DNA of 64,000 nucleotides from Eledone cirrhosa (GCA_964016885.1 OZ024749.1:43834001-43898000); one strand, 5' to 3'; positions 27,801-38,322 are shown, counted from the stretch's first letter. Numbers and translations are program-made. The notes: generated from the letters alone by a model not told the origin.

Positions 27801-30232
27801 AGCAGGGGAAAACTGGCATTAAATAATGATGTTTCTTTGTCTGTTTGTTATAGTTGACTACCCTGTGCCCTACTGATCTACATTCAATGTCACAACAGAA
27901 GACCTGCTCTTTAATAGTTGCTGCAGCTTACCTCCAGATGGCCTCAACAACTTCAGATGCAAATGAAAAAGTAGGTCCACAATTTGGTTAAGTAGTTCCA
28001 ACTATATTATCCCTAACTAATTACTAATAGTTAAGGCAACAATTTGGTTAAGTAATTCCAACTATAATCCCTAACTAATTACTAATAGTTAAGGATTTGG
28101 TTACATAACTCCCACTCTTTTACTCTTTTACCTGTTCCAGCCATCCGGCTGAGGCCATGCTGGGGCACCGCATGCATAATTCTTAAATACTTATTAAAGT
28201 AAACCAACAATTTGGTTATATAATTCTTTCTATATGATTCCTAACTCCTTACTAATCCAATAATTTCATTGAATAATTTTCACTACATAAATTTTTAACT
28301 AATTTCTATAATTAAGTCAATAATATAATATACTAACTGATCTCAATAAAGCTGTCAATATATATTTAACCTGTTTATTGCGGTATTTCTCATTAAAGAT
28401 ATTGCCAATGATTTTCCAATCATTTTGAATACACAAATTTGAAGGAATGTAGTAATACAACAAACTTTCTCGTGATTAAGAAACATAAAGGTTCTTATAT
28501 AGAATTATGATGGAAGTGTTTTCGATAAATATAAACACTTTACCCTTTACCATTTACGTTACTCTATATTTACTATTATATTTTCATGGTAAAGGCTTTA
28601 CCTCACATAATTATCTCACATAGTATCAAAGCTATGAGATTTTGATATTATTATTTTTTAGACCAATACCTTAACATCAGTATCAGTGGCAAGTTACAGC
28701 CGGTTTAACAGAAAGAGGTGAGAGATTTCTGGCTGGATATGGCCGATTTAAATGCTAAAGGGTTAAAGCTAGTATTTGAAACAAAGGTTCTTATATAGAA
28801 TTATGATGGAAGTCTTTTAGATAAATATAAACACTTTAAAGTAAACAGCTTTGTATCATAGAACCACATTTATATATTTATTATTTACAGAATACTTTAC
28901 TGACTGAAGCCCTTAATTATGTAAGCTGCTGTAGAATTGTATGCAACAAAATCCTTAGTGAAAAACTGATGACGACTGGTGAGTTGAAACATATTTTTTA
29001 TGTGATCTAGAGTTTGTACTGAAGTTGATTTCATGGACTCCCCACCCCCGGACTTCCCCACCCTTGCAAAAAATAATAATTATTGGCCTTGTGCCTAAAT
29101 CAGAAACTGTTGTTATTATTATCTAAATTTTTTTGTTCTCTCACCTCCAGATAATGAAAATAAAAAAGACACCGTTGACAAATTACTTCTCCTGTATGAG
29201 TTTGAATCGAGAGCCAAACTAAAAGACCCAGTTCTAGAATCTGTTCTTGAAAGAGCAGTTATGATGCCTTACAGTGATGCCAAAATGTTTGAAACAATAG
29301 CTGGTTAGTATCTGATACCATTTACATTTAAAGAAATAACTAATCAGTTGTTATCCAGCAACATGGCAGATATATCAGCAAGGACCATCTTGGCTTTCTG
29401 TGCTAGCATGGGTTGGATTAGGAAGGGAATGTGGGGAAGTCAGGAGTATAATGCCAATCAAGGAGCCCTGAATATATATGTGTGTATATATATATATATT
29501 TTTTTATAGTTATATATATTTTAAACCCTAAACAGTGAAAGACAGTAATTTATTACTTCCTTATTACCAGTAAGATAAATAGCTCAATATAATAACATCA
29601 GTTGTTCTACAGAGCGGTTATATAGAAATTACATGAATCAAAGACGAAACAATTGTAAGCTAATAAATGGTTTGAACAGAACTTTGATTCATGTAATTTC
29701 TCTCTATATATATAGAGAGAGAATTTAGTATATCTACCAACATATGCGTACAGATGTACGCTAATGCTAGCAAATACACAGGTTATGTCATAGTACCTAG
29801 GTGGTTCAATGCAGGAGGATGCAGAACAATAATATAAAAGACGTAAAATAAGAAAATTTTAAAAAATTAAAAAAATTAACTTACTTACTAAAATTTTCAA
29901 TCCAACTAATTAGTTTCTGCAATGGGATAAAGACAGTTACGTAATCTAACTGTCGAGAATTCATTGCGTCATCAGGGAGTCTATTCTCAGCTAAGTCTCC
30001 AGGCAATGCGCGGACACTGGGGACTCATATAAAAATTATTTTTATATGAGTCCCCAGTGTCCGCGCATTGCCTGGAGACTTAGCTGAGAATAGACTCCCT
30101 GATGACGCAATGAATTCTCGACAGTTAGATTACGTAACTGTCTTTATCCCATTGCAGAAACTAATTAGTTGGATTGAAAATTTTAGTAAGTAAGTTAATT
30201 TTTAAAATTTTTTTAAATTTTCTTATTTTACG

Positions 30233-30273
<41 letters not shown>

Positions 30274-31542
30274 GGAAATAAGAAAAAAAGTAGAAAATGC
30301 TAATGGGATTTTCTCATAGAATAACAGCAAAACATTTTTTTTAAAGTAATTTATCGTACCGGTTTCAGCCAATAAATATTTCGACTTCTTCATGCTACAG
30401 GAAATATGATATAAAGTATATAATAAAATTAAGGTGTATATTAATTAGAAGAAGGTATTAGAGAACATAGTTTACATATGTATAACACTTCACATTTTCA
30501 TTTATCTCTTTCTCCATCTTGGTGGTTTGGTGGTAGTAGCAGCTAAAATAGAAGTTGGCTTGTTCCATATATGTATATATTATTTCTTTGGTTTTTAATT
30601 CAAGCTTTAGCAGTTGACCCACCAGCTAACTATAAAAACCTCAGCATAAGAGCCTTAAAGCTGGCATTAAGGAAACATCTTCAATCAAGTCTACCTGATT
30701 TCATGGCTGTCAGGTAAGTTAATTAGAAATCTTTCATGTTAGACCAGCTTCATGTATCCTTGTTTACTTTCATTAATTGTTTAGACTGCTGTAGAGTAGT
30801 GGGTTATCAGAATCGGTAGAGCATCAGACAAAATACTTTGCAGTTTTTAGTTATGATTTTCTATGTTCTCAGTTCAAATCCTGACAAAATCAGTTTTGCC
30901 TTTCATTCTTCTGGGGTGTGGTGCTGGTTATTATGATGATGATTATAACAATGGTAATAGTACTGGTGGTGGTGGTGGTGATAATGGGGTTGGTGGTAGT
31001 GGTGTCGATAATGTAATGGTGGTGGTGGTGATAATGATGTGTGTGTGATAATGGTGGTGGTGGTGGTGGTGTCGATAATGTAATGGTGGTGGTGGTGGTG
31101 GTGATAATGATGTGTGTGTGTGATAATGGTGGTGGTTGTGGTGGCTGATAATGATGAAGTCTATAATGATGGTTGATGATGATAATGATGTATTTATTTA
31201 ATTTTCTTTACTTTATTATTATTCATCCAGCAAAAATTTCCACAGTATCATAGAACTGTGTTTTTCCCAAACTGGAGGAGACTTTCAGATTTCAGAAGCA
31301 CAAAACATTGGCACAACTCAAAGTGATCTTTTTACATATTTTGAAGAAGTTTTTGAATTTATTGAACAAAAGGCAAAGGTTGGTTAAATATATTGATTCT
31401 AATTAAATATGGTGAAGTGATAAAAAAAGATGTTGCTATGAGGTTAAGAAATTAGTTTTATAACGATGTAGTTGCAAGTCCTATCCTATATATATTCCAG
31501 TCTTAAGAATATACATTAAATTATTATATTATACGTACATAT

Positions 31543-31605
<63 letters not shown>

Positions 31606-31648
31606 CATACATATATATACATACATACATATATATATATATATATGC

Positions 31649-31688
<40 letters not shown>

Positions 31689-33777
31689 GGAAGCATGTGA
31701 CCTAGTGGTCAGGATGTTGGACTTATGATCATAATGTCATGGGTTCGATTCCTGGGCTGGGTTGTGTTCTCGAGCAAAACAGTTCATTTCACGTTGCTCC
31801 AGAATACTCAACTGAAAATAATCACCAGCAATAGCTGAGGGTTTAACCCTGCGATAGACTGACATGTGTAAGTATTCAATGTGCCAAAAAAATTTCTTAT
31901 CTTTATCATTTAAATTATATTTTATTTTATTCCTAATTATGTTCTGATAGGATAAATACCCTGAAGTGGAAATTCTTTGGTTGATGTCCAAAGCCTGGAA
32001 TTTTGGAATACGTTTCTACAGGTATTTACAGATTTTTACCTTTCACCTTTAAATTTCTCCAATCTGCTTCCATAGGTAATAATATATTGTTTAGACTTAA
32101 TAAAATGAATCTTTCTTTATTAAATAAAATAGTAATTTTTTTTTTTTTTTTTTTTTTTTTGATTTTTGATTTTTGATTTTTGATTTTTTGATTTTTTGAC
32201 AGACATTGAAGGAGCTTGGTAGTTTTGGTTGAGCGTATGTCTAGGAGAATGATCACTCTGATTTTGAAACCAGAGTAGGTGGGACTTATTAGTCACTTAG
32301 GTGACAACCTTTCATGTAGCCAACAGTTTCAGCCTTGTGATGAAGGTAGATAAGCTGTGGCTTGGTAGCCAGCTCCTGAGTAATGGTCAGACAAGGACTC
32401 AAGACTCACCAACATCACTTTTTTCCCAATGACAGCGATGGACATATAGATTCAATTTGCTTCCGTTTACTAGATTATTATTGATATCATCATAATTTAA
32501 CATGTATTTTCATGCTTGAATAAGTTAAACAGGTTACTATGTTATGAGACTAGACAGGTCAAGTGGCCACACCAGGGATGGGTTAGATAGGTTACTATGT
32601 GATGAGACTAGATAGTTCAGGTTGCCACATCGTTTTAGGCTTGGTTTTCTATGGCTGGATGCCCTTCCTAACTCCAACCACTTTACAGTCGGTACAAAAA
32701 GTATTCTGTTGTGACACCACCTTACAGGATGGACTGGATGCTTTTTGTCATGACACCACCACTACCACCTTACAGGGTGGACTGGGTGTCAATTGTTGTA
32801 GTAACAGAACAACCACATGAAATAATTAAATATATGTAATTCACTGTACTGTAAATTATCTTCACAGCTCTAATAATTTTGTGGAAGCAGAAAAATGGTG
32901 TGCCCTAGGTATGAAATTTCAGAGACATTTGTCAACTTTGAAAACTACTTATGAAAAACAGGTAAGTTATTTATTTTCCCTTCAACTGTTTAGCATGTAA
33001 TTTAGGGGTGAGTTGAACTCCTACATTCTTCTTTCTACTGGTTACAGTGATGAGGGTGTGTGGCCATGCTGGAGCACTTTCATGGAGAGTTTCCGTCAAT
33101 TATATCAACCCCAGTACTCTCTCTCTCTCTCTGTCTAGTTCACTATTTCATCACATTCTTATACAAAATACGAAGTTGATATAACAGAAGGGACAATAAC
33201 TCGATGAGTACTACCAGTATATATGTATATATATATATAAATAAACACCCACATGTAGAGCTGTTTATACTACTGTATAATGTACCTGTATGCTCTAAGT
33301 AATGGATTGGTAACATTGTTAGAGCTTTGAATACAATATGTGAGGCTTTGGTTCTTATCTCTTTACATCCAGAGCTCACCTGTGATATCACTGAAACCAA
33401 GTTATGGGCTTTTGCCTTTCCCTTGGATAATGTAGGAGACATATATAGAGAGGTGAACTTGTATTCATAGGTAGCTGCTGGTCTTTCACAAGACACCTTG
33501 CTTACACTTGTATTTCAGATAGGAACTTTTCAGGTGAACACCTATGGTCAGTCATGACCAAAACAAATTTCAGAAACAAACCAAAATTTTTTTTTTTTTT
33601 TCTTTAATTAGTATTTCTCCAATTAAAATAATCTTCTATTCTATAACTTCACAAGAGGATCTAAATTTTCAACTGACTTAAATTTCATTTTATTTTTATT
33701 TATTTTAGATCACAACTGTCTACACTGAAATTCTTTCAAAAATCAGACCTGCCCCCTGGAAAAGTTTAACTAAATAA
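6338..33777 (+). CDS. TEX11: TEX11/ZIP4-like meiotic TPR protein, complete spliced gene (29 coding exons, 2823 nt, 940 aa)
   Basis: Hand-assembled exons join in frame with GT-AG sites. Peptides such as [83 protein letters not shown] and AEKWCALG match vertebrate TEX11 as recalled, in colinear order. Confidence 0.93.
6471..6913. repeat. Diverged inverted repeat (~190-bp arms, ~65-nt spacer with degenerate hammerhead core) in TEX11 intron
   Basis: 6471-6659 is reverse complementary to 6724-6913 with scattered mismatches; spacer reads CTGTTGA-T-GGAT..ATCC-AAAA-TAT-A-GGG. Confidence 0.85.
8051..8175 (+). CDS. TEX11: TEX11 exon 2 ([42 protein letters not shown])
   Basis: aag acceptor, gtaag donor, open frame. 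Confidence 0.8.
8598..8682 (+). CDS. TEX11: TEX11 exon 3 ([28 protein letters not shown])
   Basis: ctag/gtgag; AVxLWN motif. Confidence 0.9.
9369..9448 (+). CDS. TEX11: TEX11 exon 4 ([27 protein letters not shown])
   Basis: ttttatag/gtttgt; phases 1 to 0 consistent. Confidence 0.82.
9560..9815 (+). mobile_element. RTE-like LINE 3' fragment
   Basis: Degenerate YGHVVRM...RRLGGRP..RWLDNI peptide; related segment at ~58722-58830. Confidence 0.6.
10312..10342 (+). CDS. TEX11: TEX11 exon 5 ([10 protein letters not shown])
   Basis: tttcag/gtaag; 31 nt, phase consistent. Confidence 0.85.
10804..10853 (+). CDS. TEX11: TEX11 exon 6 ([17 protein letters not shown])
   Basis: tttcag/gtatgt; phase consistent. 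Confidence 0.82.
11066..11255 (+). mobile_element. tRNA-derived SINE, family B (gagttcaaatcccgccgagg..ctttgcctttcatcc..ggggtcgataaaataaagtaccag)
   Basis: B-box GTTCAAATCC plus conserved central block; copies near 2035, 9827, 21770, 30795, 37545, 40205, 45845, 53200-53765, 57330, 62940. Confidence 0.85.
12330..12560 (-). mobile_element. Degenerate RTE-like LINE 3' fragment
   Basis: Minus-strand [28 protein letters not shown] with stops. Confidence 0.5.
12570..12830 (-). mobile_element. SINE family C (ggttggtgttaggaagggcatccagctgtag ... cccatgctagcatggaa..gacgttaaa(tga)n tail)
   Basis: Many related copies near 13045, 24000, 26795, 32490, 48285, 48495, 49600, 52610, 56400. Confidence 0.75.
13316..13453 (+). 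CDS. TEX11: TEX11 exon 7 (SNNKLKE...[16 protein letters not shown])
   Basis: ttttag/gtaagt; 46 codons. Confidence 0.88.
13525..14260 (-). mobile_element. Cluster of four tandem family B SINE copies
   Basis: gacccc.taaggatgaaaggcaaag block recurs at ~13615, 13826, 13991, 14226. Confidence 0.85.
14407..15646. repeat. 54-bp minisatellite, ~23 copies, derived from a SINE 5' head
   Basis: Unit gag(t/a)agtaaaacctcttaaacactct/ccaccatgtctacctacagatatcactact, contiguous with a SINE remnant at ~14280-14440. Confidence 0.95.
16172..16252 (+). CDS. TEX11: TEX11 exon 8 ([27 protein letters not shown])
   Basis: gacag/gtaag. Confidence 0.9.
16825..16962 (+). CDS. TEX11: TEX11 exon 9 ([36 protein letters not shown]...)
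   Basis: tttcag/gtatg; LCYNFGVE motif. Confidence 0.93.
17992..18087 (+). CDS. TEX11: TEX11 exon 10 ([32 protein letters not shown])
   Basis: cttcag/gtgagt. Confidence 0.93.
18358..18589. mobile_element. piggyBac-type MITE, family P2
   Basis: TTAA|CCCTTT ... AAAGGG|TTAA; related remnants near 11400-11535, 17015-17609, 57875-58020, 60678-61015. Confidence 0.65.
18991..19075 (+). CDS. TEX11: TEX11 exon 11 ([28 protein letters not shown])
   Basis: tttcag/gtaag. Confidence 0.88.
20206..20287 (+). CDS. TEX11: TEX11 exon 12 ([27 protein letters not shown])
   Basis: polyT-cag/gttaat; phases 1 to 2. Confidence 0.85.
20952..21103 (+). CDS. TEX11: TEX11 exon 13 ([24 protein letters not shown]...[11 protein letters not shown])
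   Basis: catcag/gtatga; phases 2 to 1. Confidence 0.87.
21432..21517 (+). CDS. TEX11: TEX11 exon 14 ([29 protein letters not shown])
   Basis: tttcag/gtaagg. Confidence 0.92.
21614..21754 (+). CDS. TEX11: TEX11 exon 15 ([14 protein letters not shown]...[16 protein letters not shown]), TPR
   Basis: ttttag/gtaaaa; TPR-like sequence. Confidence 0.93.
22485..22587 (+). CDS. TEX11: TEX11 exon 16 ([34 protein letters not shown])
   Basis: ttctag/gtgagt. Confidence 0.92.
23240..23358 (+). CDS. TEX11: TEX11 exon 17 ([10 protein letters not shown]...[11 protein letters not shown])
   Basis: atacag/gtaatt. Confidence 0.9.
23833..23963 (+). CDS. TEX11: TEX11 exon 18 ([17 protein letters not shown]...[20 protein letters not shown])
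   Basis: ttgcag/gtattg. Confidence 0.88.
24347..24719 (-). mobile_element. Penelope-like retroelement RT-region fragment with perfect 95-bp inverted duplication
   Basis: 24622-24347 translates without stops to [12 protein letters not shown]...[37 protein letters not shown]...[21 protein letters not shown]; arms 24385-24479 and 24625-24719; (TA)n on both sides. Confidence 0.8.
25615..25652 (+). CDS. TEX11: TEX11 exon 19 ([13 protein letters not shown])
   Basis: long polypyrimidine tract-ccag/gtaata; 38 nt bridges phase 2 to phase 1. Confidence 0.82.
26253..26465. mobile_element. piggyBac-type MITE, family P1
   Basis: TTAA|CCCTTTA.CATTTA ... TAAAT.CTAAAGGG|TTAA. Confidence 0.8.
26609..26707 (+). 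CDS. TEX11: TEX11 exon 20 (AYKFLSE...LEATWFTKI)
   Basis: tttcag/gtaaat. Confidence 0.9.
27386..27456 (+). CDS. TEX11: TEX11 exon 21 ([24 protein letters not shown])
   Basis: ttccag/gtaaag; AWNLA motif. Confidence 0.93.
27854..27970 (+). CDS. TEX11: TEX11 exon 22 ([39 protein letters not shown])
   Basis: ttatag/gtaggt. Confidence 0.9.
28543..28762. mobile_element. piggyBac-type MITE, family P1
   Basis: CCCTTTACCATTTA ... TAAATGCTAAAGGG|TTAA; left site reads TTTA. Confidence 0.78.
28891..28978 (+). CDS. TEX11: TEX11 exon 23 ([29 protein letters not shown])
   Basis: ttacag/gtgagt. Confidence 0.88.
29151..29303 (+). CDS. TEX11: TEX11 exon 24 ([27 protein letters not shown]...KMFETIA)
   Basis: ctccag/gttagt; LLLLYEFE motif. 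Confidence 0.93.
29832..30242. repeat. 411-bp near-perfect palindrome (205-bp arms, single central base) with hammerhead-like motif in each arm
   Basis: Symmetry centre at 30037; three mismatches seen, all in an A/T run. Confidence 0.95.
30096..30173 (+). ncRNA. Type I hammerhead-ribozyme-like motif (mirror copy on minus at 29901-29978)
   Basis: TCC-CTGATGA(30099)-C-GCAATG..GACAGTTA/TAACTGTC..CATTGC-A-GAAA(30157)-palindromic ACTAATTAGT-T-GGA. Confidence 0.55.
30605..30713 (+). CDS. TEX11: TEX11 exon 25 ([36 protein letters not shown])
   Basis: ttcaag/gtaagt; an alternative in-frame tag acceptor lies 6 nt downstream. Confidence 0.88.
31231..31378 (+). CDS. TEX11: TEX11 exon 26 ([12 protein letters not shown]...[15 protein letters not shown])
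   Basis: atccag/gttggt. Confidence 0.88.
31951..32021 (+). CDS. TEX11: TEX11 exon 27 ([23 protein letters not shown])
   Basis: tgatag/gtattt; YPExEILWLMxKxWN motif. Confidence 0.93.
32868..32961 (+). CDS. TEX11: TEX11 exon 28 ([32 protein letters not shown])
   Basis: tcacag/gtaagt; AEKWC motif. Confidence 0.93.
33709..33777 (+). CDS. TEX11: TEX11 last coding exon ([22 protein letters not shown])
   Basis: ttttag acceptor, TAA at 33775-33777. Confidence 0.85.
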   Translation: MTTVYTEILSKIRPAPWKSLTK

Positions 33778-33880
33778 TATCATACATATATATACACTGA
33801 TATATATATATATATATACACATACATATATATATACATACATAAGAGCGTGAAACTAATATATATAAGAGCGTGAAACT

Positions 33881-33983
33881 AATAAACCTTTGTTTGTACT
33901 GTCTCTCTGTTTTGTTCCCGTTCCATTTTTCACTATATATATATATATACATATATATATAACCATTTGTATACTGGAATAAA
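33881..33983 (+). terminator. Candidate TEX11 polyadenylation signals (AATAAA at 33881 and 33978)
   Basis: AATAAA hexamers ~100-200 nt after the stop, each followed by GT/T-rich sequence. Confidence 0.5.
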
Positions 33984-35427
33984 ACAGCATTCATTTGTGT
34001 TATTTTTAATATTTAAAGATTCATACATTTCTTGTTATACGTTCCACTGCAATGTTTGTTATTTTTAATAAAATATAATAATTACAACATACAAAGGTTG
34101 TCTTCTTTTTTTCTGTGTTCTCTTTCTCTTTGCTTTTTTTTTTTTTTTTTTCATGATATATATAGGCATGTGTCTGAGTGGTTAGAGGATTGGATTTACA
34201 ATCGTGAGGTTGTAATTTTGATTCCCAGACTGGGCAATGCGTCCTTGAGCAAGACACTTTATCTCACATTGCTTCTTCTGCCTGGAGTTGTGACCGACAG
34301 ATAGTATTAGCAATTGGAAAGGCCAATGGAAACATTGTTTCCTCGGTCCAATTTGACTAACTCCACTCCACTCATTAAGTGAATGAGGTCTGGGATCTTG
34401 TTGATAAACTATCGATATATATTTTATTCACAGTTGTATAAATAACATTACAAATATATTTTAAAAACATACAAGCAGTTAATACAGACATCTTGGACCA
34501 CAAACAACAAAAGGCAAGCGAGAGAGATGGACAAATGAACAGCTGCCAAACTAGAAGATAACAGTATCGCAAGGAGCACTACTTTTGTAGAGTTTATTTA
34601 TAAAACTGGATAAATGTTTATCCATTAGAAAGTCAACTAAAAACATTCATTTAACTGCAAACGTCACTAATGCTGAGTTCCTCAAGACGTTTGGTGGACT
34701 TGGGCTGCTGACAGCAAAGTCCTAGTCATCACTGGTGGCTCACCTCACTGAGGTGTCAGGTGATGACCGTGAGGGTGCCTGGTTACCTCAGTGCCTTAGC
34801 CTCACCATCCCCCGTTGTAATGCTGCGAGAATGTTGGTTTTCCTCAAAGTGTATAGTTAACCCCTAAGGGTGAGGTGCATCCAATTGTCGCACTTGGTGA
34901 ATTCCCCACGACCCTCTTTTTTCTTTCCTTTATCATTACTGTTCAATGAATTATAATATATATAGGCATAAAGAAATATATCTATAAAAAAAAAAAAAGA
35001 AATATATATTATATACATATATATATTTTTTTCTCTTTCCCCCGAAAGGGGGAAAAAATGTCTTAACTCTACTTACATATGAAATATAAGATAAGACTGT
35101 AAACGTTTTTGTTCGACTCTTTTATTTTTGGCTGCAAAGACAAAAATAAAAGGAGTAAAGTTAAACAAAAACGTTTACAGAGTTTTCCACTTTCGGAGAA
35201 AAAAAAGCAAATGGAGTATAGCAGCGATGGTGGTGGCGAATTAGACTCTCCTTACTTACTTCCCTTGAATTACAAGAGTTGCCTCCCTTGGAAATTTTTT
35301 GTTATTTATGTTATTATAGATATATTATTGCCAATATTTGATGTTTTTACATCGGAAAAATGAAATAAAATATATTTTGCTATTTTTTTTTATTTATTTA
35401 TTTATTTATTGTGCTTTTTAAATATTG

Positions 35428-35965
35428 GTACATATGTGGCTGTGTGGTTAAGGAATTCACTTCACAACATAACAATAGTACAGATATGGTTGTGTGGTTA
35501 AGTTCACTTCACAATATAACCATATCTGTACTATGGTTGTGTGGTTAAGGAGTTCACTTCACAACATAACCATGGTATAGATATGGCTGTGTGGTTAAGG
35601 AGTTCACTTCACAACATAACCGTGGTATAGATATGGCTGTGTGGTTAAGGAGTTCACTTCACAACATAACCATGGTATAGATATGGCTGTGTGGTTAAGG
35701 AGTTCACTTCACAACATAACCGTGGTATAGATATGGCTGTGTGGTTAAGGAGTTCACTTCACAACATAACCATGGTATAGATATGGCTGTGTGGTTAAGG
35801 AGTTCACTTCACAACATAACCGTGGTATAGATATGGCTGTGTGGTTAAGGAGTTCACTTCACAACATAACCATAGTACAGATATGGCTGTGTGGTTAAGG
35901 AGTTCACTTCACAACATAGCCATAGTACAGATATGGCTGTGTGGTTAAGGAGTTCACTTCACAAC
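35428..35965. repeat. 50-bp minisatellite, ~10.5 copies, SINE-head-like unit
   Basis: Unit atatggctgtgtggttaaggagttcacttcacaacataacc(a/g)tggtatag. Confidence 0.93.
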
Positions 35966-36841
35966 CATTTTTCAACATGAAAGATCAGGTCTCAGCTCTG
36001 GCCAGGTGATACCTTCCCCCACCCCTCATCCTCCTACCAGTGGAAAGGACCAGAGAAGAGGTACTCCTACCTTTCCCACTCTGGTTAAAAACAGCAACAA
36101 TGAATTTTTTAAGACATTGACATTTCTAAACAACAAACAACAAATAAACAAAGAAACTCATAAAAATAAAACAAAACACACACAAGTTATGTAATATGTC
36201 ATTGTTTACTCTTTATTTCAAAGTTATCTCCACCAGTATTTTTTTTTTTTTCATTGAAATTATTTATTTATTTATTTACTTTTCATTTTTATTTCATTTC
36301 AAACCAGCAGAAAAAAAACAGGAAAAAAACATTTTATTTAAAAAGATGGCACAGATATTTGTTCATGAATCTAATAATTTTTTTGTTAAAAACTATGAAA
36401 CTAAATTTAATTTTTTTTATAATTTATTTTTTTTTTGTAATTTTTAAGTGACTGTATAAGAAGAAATAGGTTATTTTTGTTTTGTTTATTGTGTGTGATT
36501 ATCGTTGCTATAGTAGGTTTTAAAAAAAAAAAAAATTAAAATTTGTTTCAAGCCCAGAAGCTCATTCTGGAGTTAACCCCGCTTTCATTGGCATTAAGTG
36601 ACTGAAAATACAAGACTCTCCCTCTGGAGAGGACAGTTGCCAGTCCATTGCAGGGATTAACACCCCAGTTACTGCTGCTACTCATTTTCAGTTGAGTGGA
36701 CTGGATGGACCAACATGGAGTGAAGTGTTTTGCTCAAGAACACAACATGCCGCCCAGTCCAGGAATCGAACTCACGGCATTATGAACATGAGCCCAACAC
36801 CCTAGCCTCTAGGCTGCTTGCCTTCACTTCTTACTTTATTA

Positions 36842-37176
36842 CAGGCACCAATCCATATATCTGGGTTCCAGAAATTTTATAAAATTCAGGAAACTGGCTA
36901 ATTATTGTTCTTTACTTTTCCTTGTTAAATTTTCATCCTATATTATGATAAGTAGCACAGGTATTCTATACAGGTATTTTAAGAATTTTAATGGGTTAGC
37001 AAAAAGCAAACAGATTCTACTTTAGAAGGAGTATGAATTTGTTATTAATTGTTAAATACAGCTTCATTCTTTAGTATTTTAAGTATATATATTTAGACTG
37101 GATCCAGAAACCCAGTAAATTGGGATATCTAACTACCTCCAGTCTCAAGATGGCTGGATAAATGGTTCGGTACCTG
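36842..37176. mobile_element. Tigger/pogo-like MITE
   Basis: TA|CAGGCACCAATCCATATATCTGG ... CTGGATAAATGGTTCGGTACCTG|TA. Confidence 0.6.
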
Positions 37177-38126
37177 TATTATTATTACTAGTAGTAGTAG
37201 TAATAGTATAATGATATCGGTGAAAGTGAAGGTGAAAAAAATTGTTTTAAAATTTGTCATTTTCTACAATAGATAAGAAATATTTATTTAAAAACTCTAG
37301 AAAAAAATAGTTGGAGAGAGAGAAAGAAAGAAGAAAAAAGAACAGGAGGGAATTCATTATTATAATTTGAAAAAGAAAAAGGAAAGCACAAAAGCAAGTT
37401 ATATTGTGATATGTGATTGTTAGTGTGAGTATGAGTGAGAGAGAGAAAGGGGGGAGATGTTGAATATTTGATTCAAGTGGTCTCGTAGAAAAACATGGGG
37501 ACATGAGTTATTAAAGACAATAGATCTATTGATCTCCTTTGAAGAGAATCGTTTCTAATTTAGGAACAAGGCCAGCAATTTGTTGGGTTGTGTGGGGGTT
37601 ATGTTGACCCTCAATACGTGACTAATACTTTATCAACCCCGGAAGGATGAAAGGCAAGGCTGACTTCAGCAGGATTTGAACTCAGAATGTAAAGTCATAA
37701 CTAAACGACACTAAATATTTTGTCTAGTGCTCTACTGATTCTGATAATCCATTGCCCTCCTTTCAAGATAATGAAAATATCTCATTTGATTCACCAGATT
37801 CATTGAGTATATACAATTAAGGGTTAGGATTAAGGTTAGGGTTCCAGCTAGAATGAAGGTTATCACATGTAAACACCAGAACTACCAAGGAGAAAAATCT
37901 CAGGTAGATTTAGAGTTAGGGTTAAAATTAGGCTTTGCTAGACTTGGGGTTAGGCTTGACTGGTTCAGGATTAGAGTTAGAGCTCACAAACCCTTTCCCA
38001 CCTACTAAGAAAAACAATTAGTTAAGATTAGGGTTAGAGTTCTCTAAACAGCTTGTGTGTGTATGTACGTATATATACATATAATATATATGAGAGAGAG
38101 AGAGGGCTAGAAGATGCTGTGTGTAT

Positions 38127-38160
<34 letters not shown>

Positions 38161-38261
38161 AAATATAAATATTAATAAAATAATGTTCTTTTGATCAATT
38201 ACATTTTATTATACATATTTCGGATGTACAACATACTCATTGAATATTGTTTAACACTTTA

Positions 38262-38322
<61 letters not shown>

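Noticed and set aside
37815-38040. Interstitial telomere (TTAGGG)
   Set aside because: Only scattered degenerate ttaggg/ttagag hexamers, not an array
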